Positions 26,013 through 37,897 of a stretch of DNA of 64,000 nt are shown here, in pieces (the stretch's first letter is position 1; the number at the start of each line of letters is the position of its first letter). Under the pieces are notes generated by a model. That model ran no database searches, was not told the origin of the DNA, and was given only the letters and a program-made list of their open reading frames with translations. Origin of the DNA: Podarcis erhardii (lineage: Eukaryota); assembly GCA_964252035.1 (NCBI GenBank), contig OZ176203.1; one strand, 5' to 3'. Position numbers and translations under genes: made by a program.

Positions 26013-26454
26013 GTAAGTTAACTATGCATCCTGCGTAAAAATGTTGAGCAAAAAATGAATTTTGCAGAGAATTACAGGCTACCATATACTTCCCTGCAAT
26101 TATTAGGGGGAATTAAAGTAGGTATTAAAAAAAAAAAAGAGCTGCAGTAGTGTTGCATTTTTGGTTTCCAGTTTTTACTCCTCCTTTGGAGGGAGTTTTT
26201 CAGATTTCTGTTTGCTGTAGGCAGATTGAGTAAGGTTCTTAAAACTGTTCATAGATACATTCCATGTTCAATCATTAGAAGCAGTCACGAACATGTGCTG
26301 ATTAAAAAGAAAAGAGTAGGTTAACACATTTCAGGAGGAATTCAAAGTTCAAGCTATTATGATTGTTCCATCAGCAAAAACATTTCTGCTTGCCAGATGG
26401 AATGATCTCCCCTCCGCCTGCCTCCAGAGCCAATATGGAGGCAGGAGTGGGGAA

Positions 26455-26651
26455 AGCTCCATAGCACTAGCACTCTGCCCTCCTGTGGTTTCCAGCAACT
26501 GGTATTCAGAAGCACACTGCCTTCAGACATCTGAAGGCAGCCCTGTTTAGGGAAGTTTTTAATGTTTGAAATTTTATTCTGTTTTTTTGTTCTATTGGAA
26601 GCCGCCCAGAGTGGCTGGCGAAACCCAGCCAGATGGGCAGGGTATAAAAAA

Positions 26652-26699
<48 letters not shown>

Positions 26700-26935
26700 T
26701 ATTACTGTGGAAGCAGAGTATAGCCATCATGGCTAGTAGCCACTGATAGCTGCCTCCTCTATGTCCAGTCCTCTTTTAAAGCCATCCAAGGTGCTTGCCA
26801 CCACTGCCTCCTGTTGGAGCGAGTTCCATCATTTAATTATGTGCTATGTGAAGAAGTACTTTTTAAAAAAATCTGTTCTGAATCTTCTAACATTCAACTT
26901 CCTTGGATGTCCACAAGTTCTAGTGTTTTGGACCT
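26455..26935 (-). mobile_element. CR1 3' fragment interrupted by an L2 tail
   Basis: ccagcaactggtattcagaagca...ctgtggaagcagagtatagccatcatggctagtagccactgatag...tcttttaaagccatccaag is the reverse complement of the CR1 3' end. Confidence 0.8.
26526..26703 (+). mobile_element. L2 3' tail with (ATT)n
   Basis: gacatctgaaggcagccctgtttagggaagtttttaatg...gaagccgcccagagtggctgg...ggtataaaa followed by an ATT repeat. Confidence 0.9.
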
Positions 26936-28352
26936 CTATACTCTTGATTTACACTTCATTTCATATGATACTGAAAAGATCTCCTTGCCTTTTCCTCAAA
27001 TACACTGCTGCTTAAACTTTCTTTTACGTATTAAGAACGTTTCCAGTTTGCTTGTTCCTTGTGGGCCACTACATTTTTTCAGCAATGCCACACAGGAGAA
27101 TGCTTGGGAGGCTTCTGATTTAAAACACCAGTGTAATTGTATGGGATGAAGGGAAGGGGGATTTATATCTGTTCTGAATAATAGCGTCTCCACTTGATTG
27201 CTAAAAGCCTCAGAGACGTGGAACATGTACAAGCATAGCAATGCCTACCTACTACCTGGCAACAATTCCCCTTCCCCTTCACCTCCATGCCACATCAGGG
27301 TGGAGAAAGCATGGAGTTCTAATTCATCATTTGTCCCTGTTTGAACCAGAAATGGCCTCTGGTATTTTCCTCTATTGTTTTTGCTGTGGTCAAAGTGCAT
27401 ACCAGCAGTGGTTTGCATACTATGAATTGCTGCTTTAATGTACTGACTGAAAGTCCTTTTTGCCTGGCTTCTCTTAATTTTTCTGCTGCTATCAAAAGAG
27501 CTTGATTCCTACAGTAGTTATAAGATACTAGTCTGAACAACTCTTTGGTCCCTGTTCAGGCTTGATCTTTATACTTGTTTGGTCAGGTTGCCATGGAGAA
27601 GTGTCTGGTCTTTGCTGAGTTTGTGGTGTCTCTGAGTTAAGTATTACCTATCTGGAGGGAACTCACAGTCAGAGTTGTCTTTTCTCTCATCTATGAAGGG
27701 TTACATTTTGAAATAATTGGGAATGTATGTCAAAATAGAGCTGCAATACTTGGCTTGACTTACCCATTAATTTCTGCTCAGCGGAAGTTCAGAGTCAGAC
27801 TTTATCTAATCTTCAAAAGTAAATTCAGAATTTATACTATATAGTGTCAAGCTGTTAAGAATGTCCAGGAGTAAACATTCTGATCCATGTTCAGAATCAA
27901 GTCTTTGTTTTAGAAGCACATTTTAAAAACACATTCATGTTGTATCAGACAGATGGGATATTTTAGCAGCTGATCAAATAAAATTTGCATGTCTGTTGGA
28001 AACCAGAGTCAGATGCTTTAATTTTTGTTAGCACTATATGGTTATATATTTAGAGAAAAGTAACCCAACATCACCCACTAAGGAGGGAAGTCATCAGGGT
28101 TGTCTGAATGCTGAACTAAACACAAGCACACACACATACACATTTTCTGCCAATATATTATATATCAAATGAAGCAGATTTGCACTATTTGCTGATTTAG
28201 CATAATTCATTCCAATTCTGCTAGTCATAGGAAGCAGCAAAGAACTGTTTTGGGTACTAAAGGTTGGCCTCTTGACCTTGTAGATCCTGCTCCCCTCTGG
28301 CTTTGGGGTATTACCAAACATTATCAACATGTTACAGCCATAAGGACTAAAA

Positions 28353-28574
28353 CAGTGTTTTTCAACTGGTGAGGCACCCCCCTCGGGGGGGGCATATAAA
28401 TATTTCAAGAGGGGTGTGTTTCCAAAAAATATGTACAATGTATGTAAAATATAATAATAATAATTAAATCACAATATTTCAATAACATCGTTAGGGAAGT
28501 CAGGTTTGAAGGAGGTATGGGATTTTTATGTTGGCTGAAAGGAGGCATGAGTTTTAAAAAGTTGAGAAACTCTG
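28353..28574. mobile_element. hAT MITE
   Basis: TIRs cagtgtttttcaact / agttgagaaactctg, with an 8-bp flank match of 6/8 (gactaaaa / ggctataa). Confidence 0.65.
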
Positions 28575-29502
28575 GGCTATAAAATTATCCTTTTGTTGAG
28601 AAAGATTTACAGGATGCTGAATTCTATTTCAAGTACTAAGTTTTGTGCCTTTCCTTGTTTGGAATCACAAAGTGCAACCCTGTCACAATGCTTGAAAATG
28701 AGTATAGGGTGATAGTTAAAAACAAAAATCTTTAATAAAAACGGAGATAATAGAACATTTAAAAGCATGGAGTTGACAATGCCCCAAAATGTGCTCCTTT
28801 CTCTCTCTGAAACATATGCCAACTAAACCACAACTCACTGCAATCCTTGATTAGTTGTAAGAGAATATGGTACATATAGAAGAAGAATAAAAAAACAGAA
28901 GGCATCATTTTTAATTGAAAACTATTGACATTTTATGGGATTTTGTAAGAAGAGCAACAGCAACTGAGGAAAAGCTCAACAGATTGTTTTAACTAGGAAT
29001 ATTTCAAAGTGCTAAATATATACTGTTTAGTTAAATGATGCTTAGCAAATTTAAGAACAATTTTTTACAAATATTTGAAGTGTGTACCTATAAATGGGTA
29101 AAAGGCTACTGAAAGTAGTGTACAAAGAATAATAAGATAATGGTTTTTTTAAAAAAATGCAAAGAAAGCTGCCCAATACTGGTATCTGGAATACTGTACT
29201 CAGATATTCCTAGTTAAATATATACAAAACAAAAGCAATGCACTGGTCCTTGGAGATAGGTAAGTGATGGTCTCCTCTACGTCTGTCTACTACAGATGTA
29301 GAGCAGCTAAAATGCTGTGCTTGTCACTTCCTAAAACCATAGGAAACATGGAGGGTGGGGGGAGAGGGAGAAGAGTCCATTGAGCAAATAGAAATCCTTG
29401 CATTGATGGGACATTCACATAACACTACCCTGTACACAGCCCAGTACATAACACAGGAACACAGAAGTGGTTTAATCTAAAAGCCTATCCTAAAGCAGTG
29501 TT

Positions 29503-29746
29503 AGTTCGAAAGCACGTCAAAGTACAAGTAGATAAATAGGTACCACTCTGGTGGGAAGGTAAATGGCATTTCCATGCGCTGCTCTGGTTTCGCCAGAAGC
29601 GGCTTAGTCATGCTGGTCACATGACCCAGAAAAACTGTCTACGGACAAACATCGGCTCCCTCAGCCAGTAAAGCGAGATGAGCGCCACAATCCCAGAGTT
29701 GTTCACAACTGGACTTAACTGTCAGGGGTCCTTTACCTTTGCCTTT
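29503..29746 (+). mobile_element. Sauria SINE, 5'-truncated
   Basis: Typical body and tail, with a 12-bp TSD taaagcagtgtt at 29491-29502 and 29747-29758. Confidence 0.92.
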
Positions 29747-29949
29747 TAAAGCAGTGTTTTAAATGTATTGCACAGCTTGTCCAAATTTCACTTTTGTTTT
29801 TGTTCACTCACAGGTTAATTCTGTCACATTTCCATATTGAACTGAGATTTTAAAAACCCACCCAAAGATTCACATTTAAATATGTATTTCTGAGCCTATG
29901 ATATCTCAAAATAACAATTTTTAAATTTTGATATATACTTTTAAGCCAA

Positions 29950-30025
29950 TAACAACAATTATTATATTATTAATATGCCACCCACCTGACTGGGTTGCCC
30001 CAGTCTTTCTAGGCGGCTTCCAACA

Positions 30026-30093
<68 letters not shown>

Positions 30094-30196
30094 AAACATT
30101 AAAAACCTCCCTGTACTGGGCTGCCTTCAGGTGTCTTCTAAAAGTCAGATGTTTCTCTCCTTGACATCTGTAAGGAGGGTATACCACAAGGCAGGG
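29950..30196 (-). mobile_element. L2 3' fragment containing a (GT)17(AC)15 tract
   Basis: ccacctgactgggttgccccagtc...ggcggcttcc...ctgccttcaggtgtcttctaaaag is the reverse complement of the L2 3' end. Confidence 0.8.
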
Positions 30197-30676
30197 TAGT
30201 GAAGAACTGCATCACAACATTTTAGAGAAGAGCAAATCCAAATGATAGCTACATTCCAAGCAACACATTGGTCCAGGAGGTTCAGTTCAGTTCAGCTCAG
30301 TTCAGTTCATATTGAAAATTCTTCAGGTTCCCATAACCAAACATATCATAGGACTCAGGAGCAACTATACAATCAGAAACTCAGCAGCAGCCCAGACTTT
30401 AGAATGGGGTCAAATCCAGCCAAGATACATGACAAGGCAGGGTGTAGGGTAGGTGCTCAGGGTTTGGGGAAATAGTAATATTGCACCCCTCCAATGAAAA
30501 CTGAGCCAGTGCACGTAAATATCCATCAGATTAACATGTAGGACCTTGTTTACTGACAAATTACAGAGCATAGGTAGTTAGCAGTAGAGAACAGACGTTG
30601 CATTAGCCTGTGGCAGCAAAGCAGGCTAAAGTCTTGTAGCACTTAACTTGGCATAGTCTTCATTCAATGTGATTAA

Positions 30677-31060
30677 GTGGCGGCGCTGTGGTCTAAACCA
30701 CTGAGCCTCTTGGGCTTGCCGATCAGAAGGTTGGCGGTTTGAATCCCTGCAATTGGGTGAGCTCCTGATGCTCGGTCCCAGCTCCTGCCAACCTAGCAGT
30801 TCGAAAGTACACCCAAAAGTGCAAGCAGATAAATAGGTACTGCTCTGGCATGAAGGTAAACGGCATTTCTGGGCACTGCTCTGGTTTCAGTTTTCTGTTG
30901 CGCCAGAAGTGGCTTAGTCATGCTGGCCACATGACCCAGAAAAACTGTCTACGGTCAAACACCGGCTCCCTCAGCCACTAAAGCAAGATGAGCGCCGCAA
31001 CCCCAGAGTCATCTGCGACTAGACTTAAAGGTAAAGGGGTCCTTTACCTTTACCTTTTTT
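30677..31060 (+). mobile_element. Sauria SINE, full length
   Basis: It runs from the head ggcgctgtggtctaaaccactgagcc to the tail cctttacctttacc. Confidence 0.93.
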
Positions 31061-31317
31061 AGTCTACCAAGATTGACATTGCAATAAACATGTTAGGACA
31101 GGATTCAACTAAGTTATTGTGTGTGTGTGGAATGAAGTCCACTTGCACAAAGGGATTCCCCTGCTCCCCTTAATCTGACATGGAGTGTTGGCGGGACCCC
31201 CAGATCTGCATGCTGGAGGGCACACAGGAGGAGGAGAGGGGTGAAAGTCCCACTGCATAAGCAGACCTCGTTCCCCATGTGCATACTCCATGTAGTGCTA
31301 CCTTGAATGCCACCCTT

Positions 31318-31457
31318 NNNNNNNNNNNNNNNNNNNNNNNNNNNNNNNNNNNNNNNNNNNNNNNNNNNNNNNNNNNNNNNNNNNNNNNNNNNNNNNNNNN
31401 NNNNNNNNNNNNNNNNNNNNNNNNNNNNNNNNNNNNNNNNNNNNNNNNNNNNNNNNN
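31318..31457. other. Assembly gap (140 N)
   Basis: Run of N characters. Confidence 1.
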
Positions 31458-32552
31458 CCTTCTAGCTACAAATATGTTTTAGACTCAAAGTAACAGGATT
31501 TGAGTGAGTGAGTGACTTGTATAGTAATTTATTCTTTTTTAAAAAAAAAAAAAGCCTCAAAGTGATTTACAATGTTCATAATGCAATACAATATGATAAA
31601 AACATTAAAACAATGCACAATACTAGTGCAGTAATCTTTTTTAACACACACACCAAAGCCTTGGTGACTTCAGTTTGCAGGTAATCTTGGCATGAAAAAC
31701 CTCAGTGTTTGCCCGGTATTCCTCTTGGCTGTGTGGATGCTAGGTTTTCTTTTGATGTAGTCAAGCAACATGCTTATTTACTCCATCTGTTTACCCAGTC
31801 CCTTCTCTTTTCTTTACCATGGCTTTTAAAGGAAAGGAGAAGAAGGGAATATTTATTTGCTCTGCCAATTTGCTTTACTTGAGCTTTCATTTTCCGGCTG
31901 AGCAGAAGCTTCATTGGGCTGTATAATTTTAACACTTAGGGCAAAGATTCATTTTTTATTTTTTATTTTAAGGGAGCTTAGCAGACTAACCTCTGGCAGG
32001 GTGACCAGGAGGAAGATTCTAAAGGAAGTTCTCTCTGTTTGTAATGTAGCCTTGCGCTAGCTGGTCCTCTGCTGCCCTCTGAAGGCTTAGTGCTGCAATT
32101 GGCAGCCACCGAGGTTTCACAAGAACTTTCACATGCTGTGCTCTCTCAAACATACCAGGCTTATATAATTTCTTTATATAACCAGAGACAATGTTCTTGA
32201 TTAATAGAAAAGTGGCTTTGCTCCCTATTGTGCGATAAGGTGCTTTCCTGAATATTTCTTCATTTCTGAATCCTTTACAGTACAAAATTGTTTTTCTCAC
32301 ACTTTTGTGGGAGAAAACTTTTTATGAGGGGAAAGGGGAAGCAGAAAATAGAATCGTTTTCTAAGATAAATGGCTTTGTTTTTAATGAATCTGTGCTTTT
32401 TCCGATTATAGTTTTTTTTCTCCTTGCACTACAGATTTTGTATGAAGGTTTTCATTCCAGATTCCCTCATATTTGAATTTTATGTAACTTCACTAATAAC
32501 TATCTTGTGATATTTGTGCATATGTGTGTTAGCTATTTACTTCTTCACACAG

Positions 32553-32845
32553 TGCTTAAACTATGGAACTTGCTCCCACAGGAGGCTGTGATGGCTTTAA
32601 AAGAGGAGTAGACAAATTTGTGGAGGACAAGGCTATCAACAGCTACTAGCCACTGGCTATGTTTTGCCGTCACTGTCAGAGGCATAATGCTGTGAATACC
32701 AGTTGTTGGAAATCACAGGTGGACAAAATGCTGTTGTGCAGTTTGCAGGATTCCTACCGGCGTCTGGTCAGCCACTGTGAGAACAGGATGCTGGACTCGA
32801 TGGGCCATTGGCCTGATCCAGCAAGCTTGTTCTGTGTTCTTATAT
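32553..32845 (+). mobile_element. CR1 3' end (ORF2 C-terminus plus 3' UTR)
   Basis: It encodes KLWNLLPQEAV..GFKRGVDKFVED and continues aacaggatgctggactcgatgggccattggcctgatccagca...ttcttat. Confidence 0.85.
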
Positions 32846-33450
32846 GCAGACAACCCAAATATCTACTAGTTGTATAGGTCTACCTCCTTTCACCATCTTT
32901 CCACAACTACCAGTGTGTGTTTCTCACCCCTTAACATTTCTGGTCAAATTATTTTGTGTTAGCTGTTGAAGAAAAACAGTTCAACCCTGTAAATCAAAAG
33001 AAAAAATGAGCTGGGCCCATGTTTTTAAATATTCTGTTATCCAGCATTTATTGTTGTTTGTTATTTTCTCTGCCCTTGGAAAATTGTGGGTTTTTTCATC
33101 ATTTCGTTAAAACTGAACATTATTGTTGAGTTCATTTTCTTGTTTTTATCATTCCAACTCAAGTCTGTATCTTTTCTGCTTTTAATCTCTTCTACAACCT
33201 GATCCTGTGCAGGAAGCACAAAGTATTAGTTTTCACAGAAACGTTTGTCCTTGAAACCTACCCTTCCATCATATGGCATTGTATTTCTGATTTTTACTTC
33301 AGTGTTCCCATCGTCAAAAGATGCCTTATCCATAGTCCTCTTAAAACTTTCTGGATCTTTCCAAGCAAACATAAAAGAATTTGCTTTTATATCTGCTAAA
33401 GCAGTATCAACATTTATCCAGAGCATTTTATCTTCCTCCCTGCTTTACAG

Positions 33451-33550
33451 ATATAGGGATAGGGATAAACTTACAGCAGGGTATTTTTAAAGAAAGATGG
33501 TGTGGCGGTTTCCCACATGTTTTGGGACATGTGAACCCCAGCGCTAAAAG
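33451..33550 (+). other. ZBTB20: Candidate 100-bp cassette or 5' UTR exon of ZBTB20
   Basis: Acceptor ttttatcttcctccctgctttacag| and donor aag|gtaaga lie in non-repeat sequence. The call rests on splice signals only. Confidence 0.35.
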
Positions 33551-35439
33551 GTAAGATAGGGCACAACTCTGAACAGAACAGATTTTAAAACAAAACGTGC
33601 TAACATGGCATGTTTAACAACTTCAAAATGGCACAGGAAGTGGGGAAGGCTTTCGTCACACATTTATTTGAATACTTGCCTGGGTGCCATAGGTGACAAG
33701 GAATTCCCCCGAGAGTTCGTGGAATTACTGAGTGCGTGTATTGGTGGAAAAGGGGTGGATTGCTGTCTCTTCTCTGCCTGCTTGCTGGTTTCCATGCTCA
33801 AGATTGAGAAATTGCAAACCTGACTGAGTAGGGATAAATTGTTCCATCCGTTTTCCACAAACCCATTGTATATCTGAGCAGCTGCTGAGGGAAAAAAGGT
33901 CCATGGGAAACTAAGCATGCTGGTAGATAATGGATGGAGGGATTCATTCCTTCTCCACCAGGCTACTTGGCAGTGAGGAACATTTGGCCCTCCTGCTGGT
34001 GTTAGATTCCATCAATCCAAGCCAGTATGGCTAGTGTAGACTCCCCCTTACCTTTTAAGTACTCAATCTCGCTCTGATCTTAAAGGAGAAGACTCATAAA
34101 GGTTTTTAAAGGCTTCTCCTGCTTCCCTTTTCAGTTCCTGATCTCTGCAACAAAGTGCTTTAAATCTTGTCGTTTCCATTAGAAGCACGGGGACTCTCTT
34201 AAAGTGACCCTAGCTAGATGACCCAGTTCTGTTGGGGGTGGAGTAGCAGGTGTGGCTAGGGCTTCATATGAAAAATGAATAACTATTCGACAGTGAAAAC
34301 AGCTGGTGCTTTATTTCTTAAGGAAGCACACAAACTGGTAACATGTACCCGTGCCCAAGAAATTAAACATTGAGTATTCACCTGCTAAGTTCCACAGATT
34401 TATTCAGAAAGTTGTTGTTTTTTACAGACCAACACAAAGGGCATCCTCAGTCTTGAAAAGTTACTATTAATTATTATTATTTTTTACTACCCTAAGAATA
34501 TATTGATAATAAACATCTGTCCCATTTAGTTCAAAGAATCTATATTCCCTAAATGATTATGACAGCCATTTTTCAACCTAAATATTGTCTTCATGAAAAC
34601 TGTTATTGACTAAAATAAGTTTGACCACAGCTGCCTATTTCTCTAAATTAAAGTGGATGCCACACCAATTTCAAATCAGTATGCACCAACTTCTTTCAGT
34701 CCCTAATGTTCACTTTTAAGCAAGCCACATTCACCATTGCATCTGTGAAAATATGTTATTAAAATTCACTCAATTCCGCTTGCTCCAATGACCTAGTGGT
34801 GGTAATCAAAAACGTACTAGTGTCAAAGCAATAAATAAATAAACTGATGGTCACCTTTCCCCTGCTCACAGATTCACCTCAAAAGTGTCCTGCGTAACAA
34901 TCTCAACTAAGGGAGCCGTGGTTTCTTGAAACAAGCCAGGATAAAACCATAGTTTCATATCCAGGCAGTTCAGAAACCACAGTTTAAACAAGCTGAAGTG
35001 AGTTCAGACATAAGAGGAAGCTGTGGTGTGTTTAGAAATGGGAGCTTAAAATTCAAATCTCCTCTTTGTGGTCACACAAGGAGAGGGGAGAGAGAAATGT
35101 GCAAACTTGAGGTTCATGTAGACTTGTTCGCATAGCAGGGAAGCCATGCTTTCCCATTAGGTCTGAACCAACCCATAGTGTCCAGCTGGCTTTGTTTCCT
35201 ACTGCAGAACAAAGATAATATGAACTGTTCTTCAGAGGTGCAATCAGTTAATAATAATAGTAGCAGTAATTGCTTTGGACTAATTAGATTGATTATAGTA
35301 ATAGAATATGCATAATATTTTTCCCTCCAAGCTGTTATTGGAGGGTGGATAGCAGTTGTAAGAACCACGCTGTTGCACCAATTGTTAATGAAGTACAATT
35401 CTAGCAGTGGTATTCACTCTGATGTTAAAAAAAATAATA

Positions 35440-35681
35440 CAGTGGTACCTCGGGTTAAGTACTTCATTCATTCCGGAGGTCCGTTCTTAACCTGAAACTG
35501 TTCTTAACCTGAAGCACCACTTTGGCTAATGGGGCCTCTTGCTGCCGCTGTGCTGCCGGAGCACGATTTCTGTTCTCATCCTGAAGCAAAGTTCTTAACC
35601 TGAGGTAATATTTCTGGGTTAGCGGAGTCTGTAACCTGAAGCGTATGTAACCTGAAGCATATGTAACCCGAGGTACCACTG
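35440..35681. mobile_element. Tc1/mariner (Tigger-like) MITE, 242 bp
   Basis: TIRs cagtggtacctcgggtta / taacccgaggtaccactg, a TA TSD, and internal taacctgaa repeats. Confidence 0.92.
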
Positions 35682-36988
35682 TAATGAGAGAATGGTACAG
35701 TATCACATTTCCACTAATGTAAATGTGGAGTTTGTAGGGGGGAAATTGCCATTTTTCCTTAAAGAATTATCAGTGCAACGAACAACCCACTGAATTAATT
35801 GGCAAAGCTCCTATTGACTATATATTTCATATTTATTAGTAAGAATGTTCTTTATCGTGTCTGTTTTTAAAATATAGTCATATATCTTGAAAGGAGTGTT
35901 GTTTTAATTGATTGCATTGGAAATACATCAGTGCAGACCACTAAAATACAAGGTTATATTGTGCTGTACTGGAATAACCTTCTTCATCCCAGTTCTCAAG
36001 TGTAGCATCATACTATGTGGATTGCCATGGAAACTACTTGGGCTCTCTGTCTGCTTCCTTACATAAGCATGGCAAATAGTGTGCAATAAGAAGCAATTTT
36101 AGCACCTGGACAGAGGATTGGCTTCAAACCCCTACTTCATGTACCACTCTGTAGTATGAACTAGCATTTTTTATTCCACCAATGTGCAATGGCTTTGCAA
36201 TTTGCAATATCATATGCAATAGGAGATAGAGCTTCTGTGCTTTTCAAAATTGTGTGAAGTGGAACCTTTGGCAGGCACCACTTATGTAGGAGTGAGAAAA
36301 ACTGCACCTGCTAATATTCTTCCTTTTATGCAACTATTAAAGGTGCAAGAATCTTTCATCCTTTACACCACTGTGCCTTTATACTCTGGGTCCATACTTC
36401 CTCTATTTTCTCCTGGATTAGCTGCTGTTGACTATTTCACCTTTTTTGGCCCATTTGATTCCCAGCTTGGCCAGTTCCTGAGTGGAAGCAAGTGGGGTTT
36501 TTTTCTTAACAGCTTCAAGAAAGGCAGGGACTAGCAAGTTCTCTGAGCAGGTTTCAGAGTGTCCCATGAGCAGACCTGAGAGTGAAACATAAAGCAGAGA
36601 TGCCATTTTACTGGTTGATCTTGGTATCAAGCACCTTCTGCTTCAGCATAATTTATTTTTTTAAAATATAAAGAATTATGCTACACTTTAGAAATCACTT
36701 GCAGGGAAATAATTTTATCCAAAATTCAAAGAGAATGGAAGGTAATCTCAATCTGAATTCCAACCAAGAAGCTCAGTGATGGCCTTGACTGCATCTTTGG
36801 CCAAGTTTTTGTCATTTGAGAAATGATAGGATGCGTGTGTGACAGTGCAATGAGCTCTAACTGTGGTGGGGAACCTGTTACCCTCCCAATGTTATTTGAC
36901 TCCAACTCTCTTCACGCCCAGGGCCATATTTCCCCCAACACTGCTCTGCGGTAGTAAAAATAACTAAACTACATGTTTGTTGCCTATA

Positions 36989-37230
36989 CAGTGGTACCTT
37001 GGGTTAAGTACTTAATTTGTTCCGGAGGTCCATACTTAACCTGAAACTGTTCTTAACCTGAAGCACCACTTTAGCTAATGGGGCCTCCTGCTGCTGCCAC
37101 GCTGCCGGAGCACGATTTCTGTTCTCATCCTGAAGAAAATTTCTTAACCTGAAGCACTATTTCTGGGTTAGCGGAGTCTGTAACCTGAAGCGTATGTAAC
37201 CTGAAGTGTATGTAACCCGAGGTACCACTG
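36989..37230. mobile_element. Tc1/mariner (Tigger-like) MITE, 242 bp, same family and orientation as 35440
   Basis: Same TIRs and TA TSD, and close to identical along its length. Confidence 0.92.
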
Positions 37231-37709
37231 TATTGCAACATGTGGTTTTTGCTCCTATACATCTTCATCTAGGTGTGATCAGTTTAATGAAGATTTCTGG
37301 CATACATAAAATCATGCTCACTATTTTGAGACATTTTGGTTGGTAATAATAACTATTATGGCTATTGCCATGCTTTGATTAATAATAATAATAATAATAG
37401 GATGTTAGTTTTTAGCCACTGGCTTTCAGTAGTATCTGAATAACCTAAACTAGTGGAGCAGGTTTGTCCTTCTGTGAACTCCTCAAAAATACTATTGCAT
37501 GTTTTTGAATGGCATGTTTTTAATATGATACATTGATCACTGTATCTGAGTAAATACGAGAACTGGCACCTTTCCAAATAAGAAGTATTCAGAAGAGGAT
37601 TCTTCCCTTTAAGTTGGCCACAAAAAAGAGCTTTCTCTTAACAATTCTAAAAATGCTGTTTCCTGCATATGCAACAAGTTCCTTCAAAGGTCTCTTTGTT
37701 TGTTTTCAG

Positions 37710-37897
37710 GAAGAAACCCAAGACAGCTGAAAAACAGAAAGAGCCTGAGGAGAATGAGATTACGCAGACGGGTGCATACAGCACCAAGTCAGGCCTTCCC
37801 TGCCTGAACTTTGAAACTGTCCCATCTTTGAGCCCAGCTCTCATCCATTCATCACATTCAGCAAGAAACCTGCACGCACACACAGGGTCACCTGATT
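37710..37897 (+). CDS. ZBTB20: ZBTB20 coding exon for the long-isoform N-terminus (188 bp)
   Basis: Acceptor tttgttttcag| and donor gatt|gtgagt. It encodes [19 protein letters not shown]...GLPCLNFE...PALIHS...HAHTGSPD, recognisable as the ZBTB20 N-terminus, and joins 53430 to give [14 protein letters not shown]. Confidence 0.92.
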
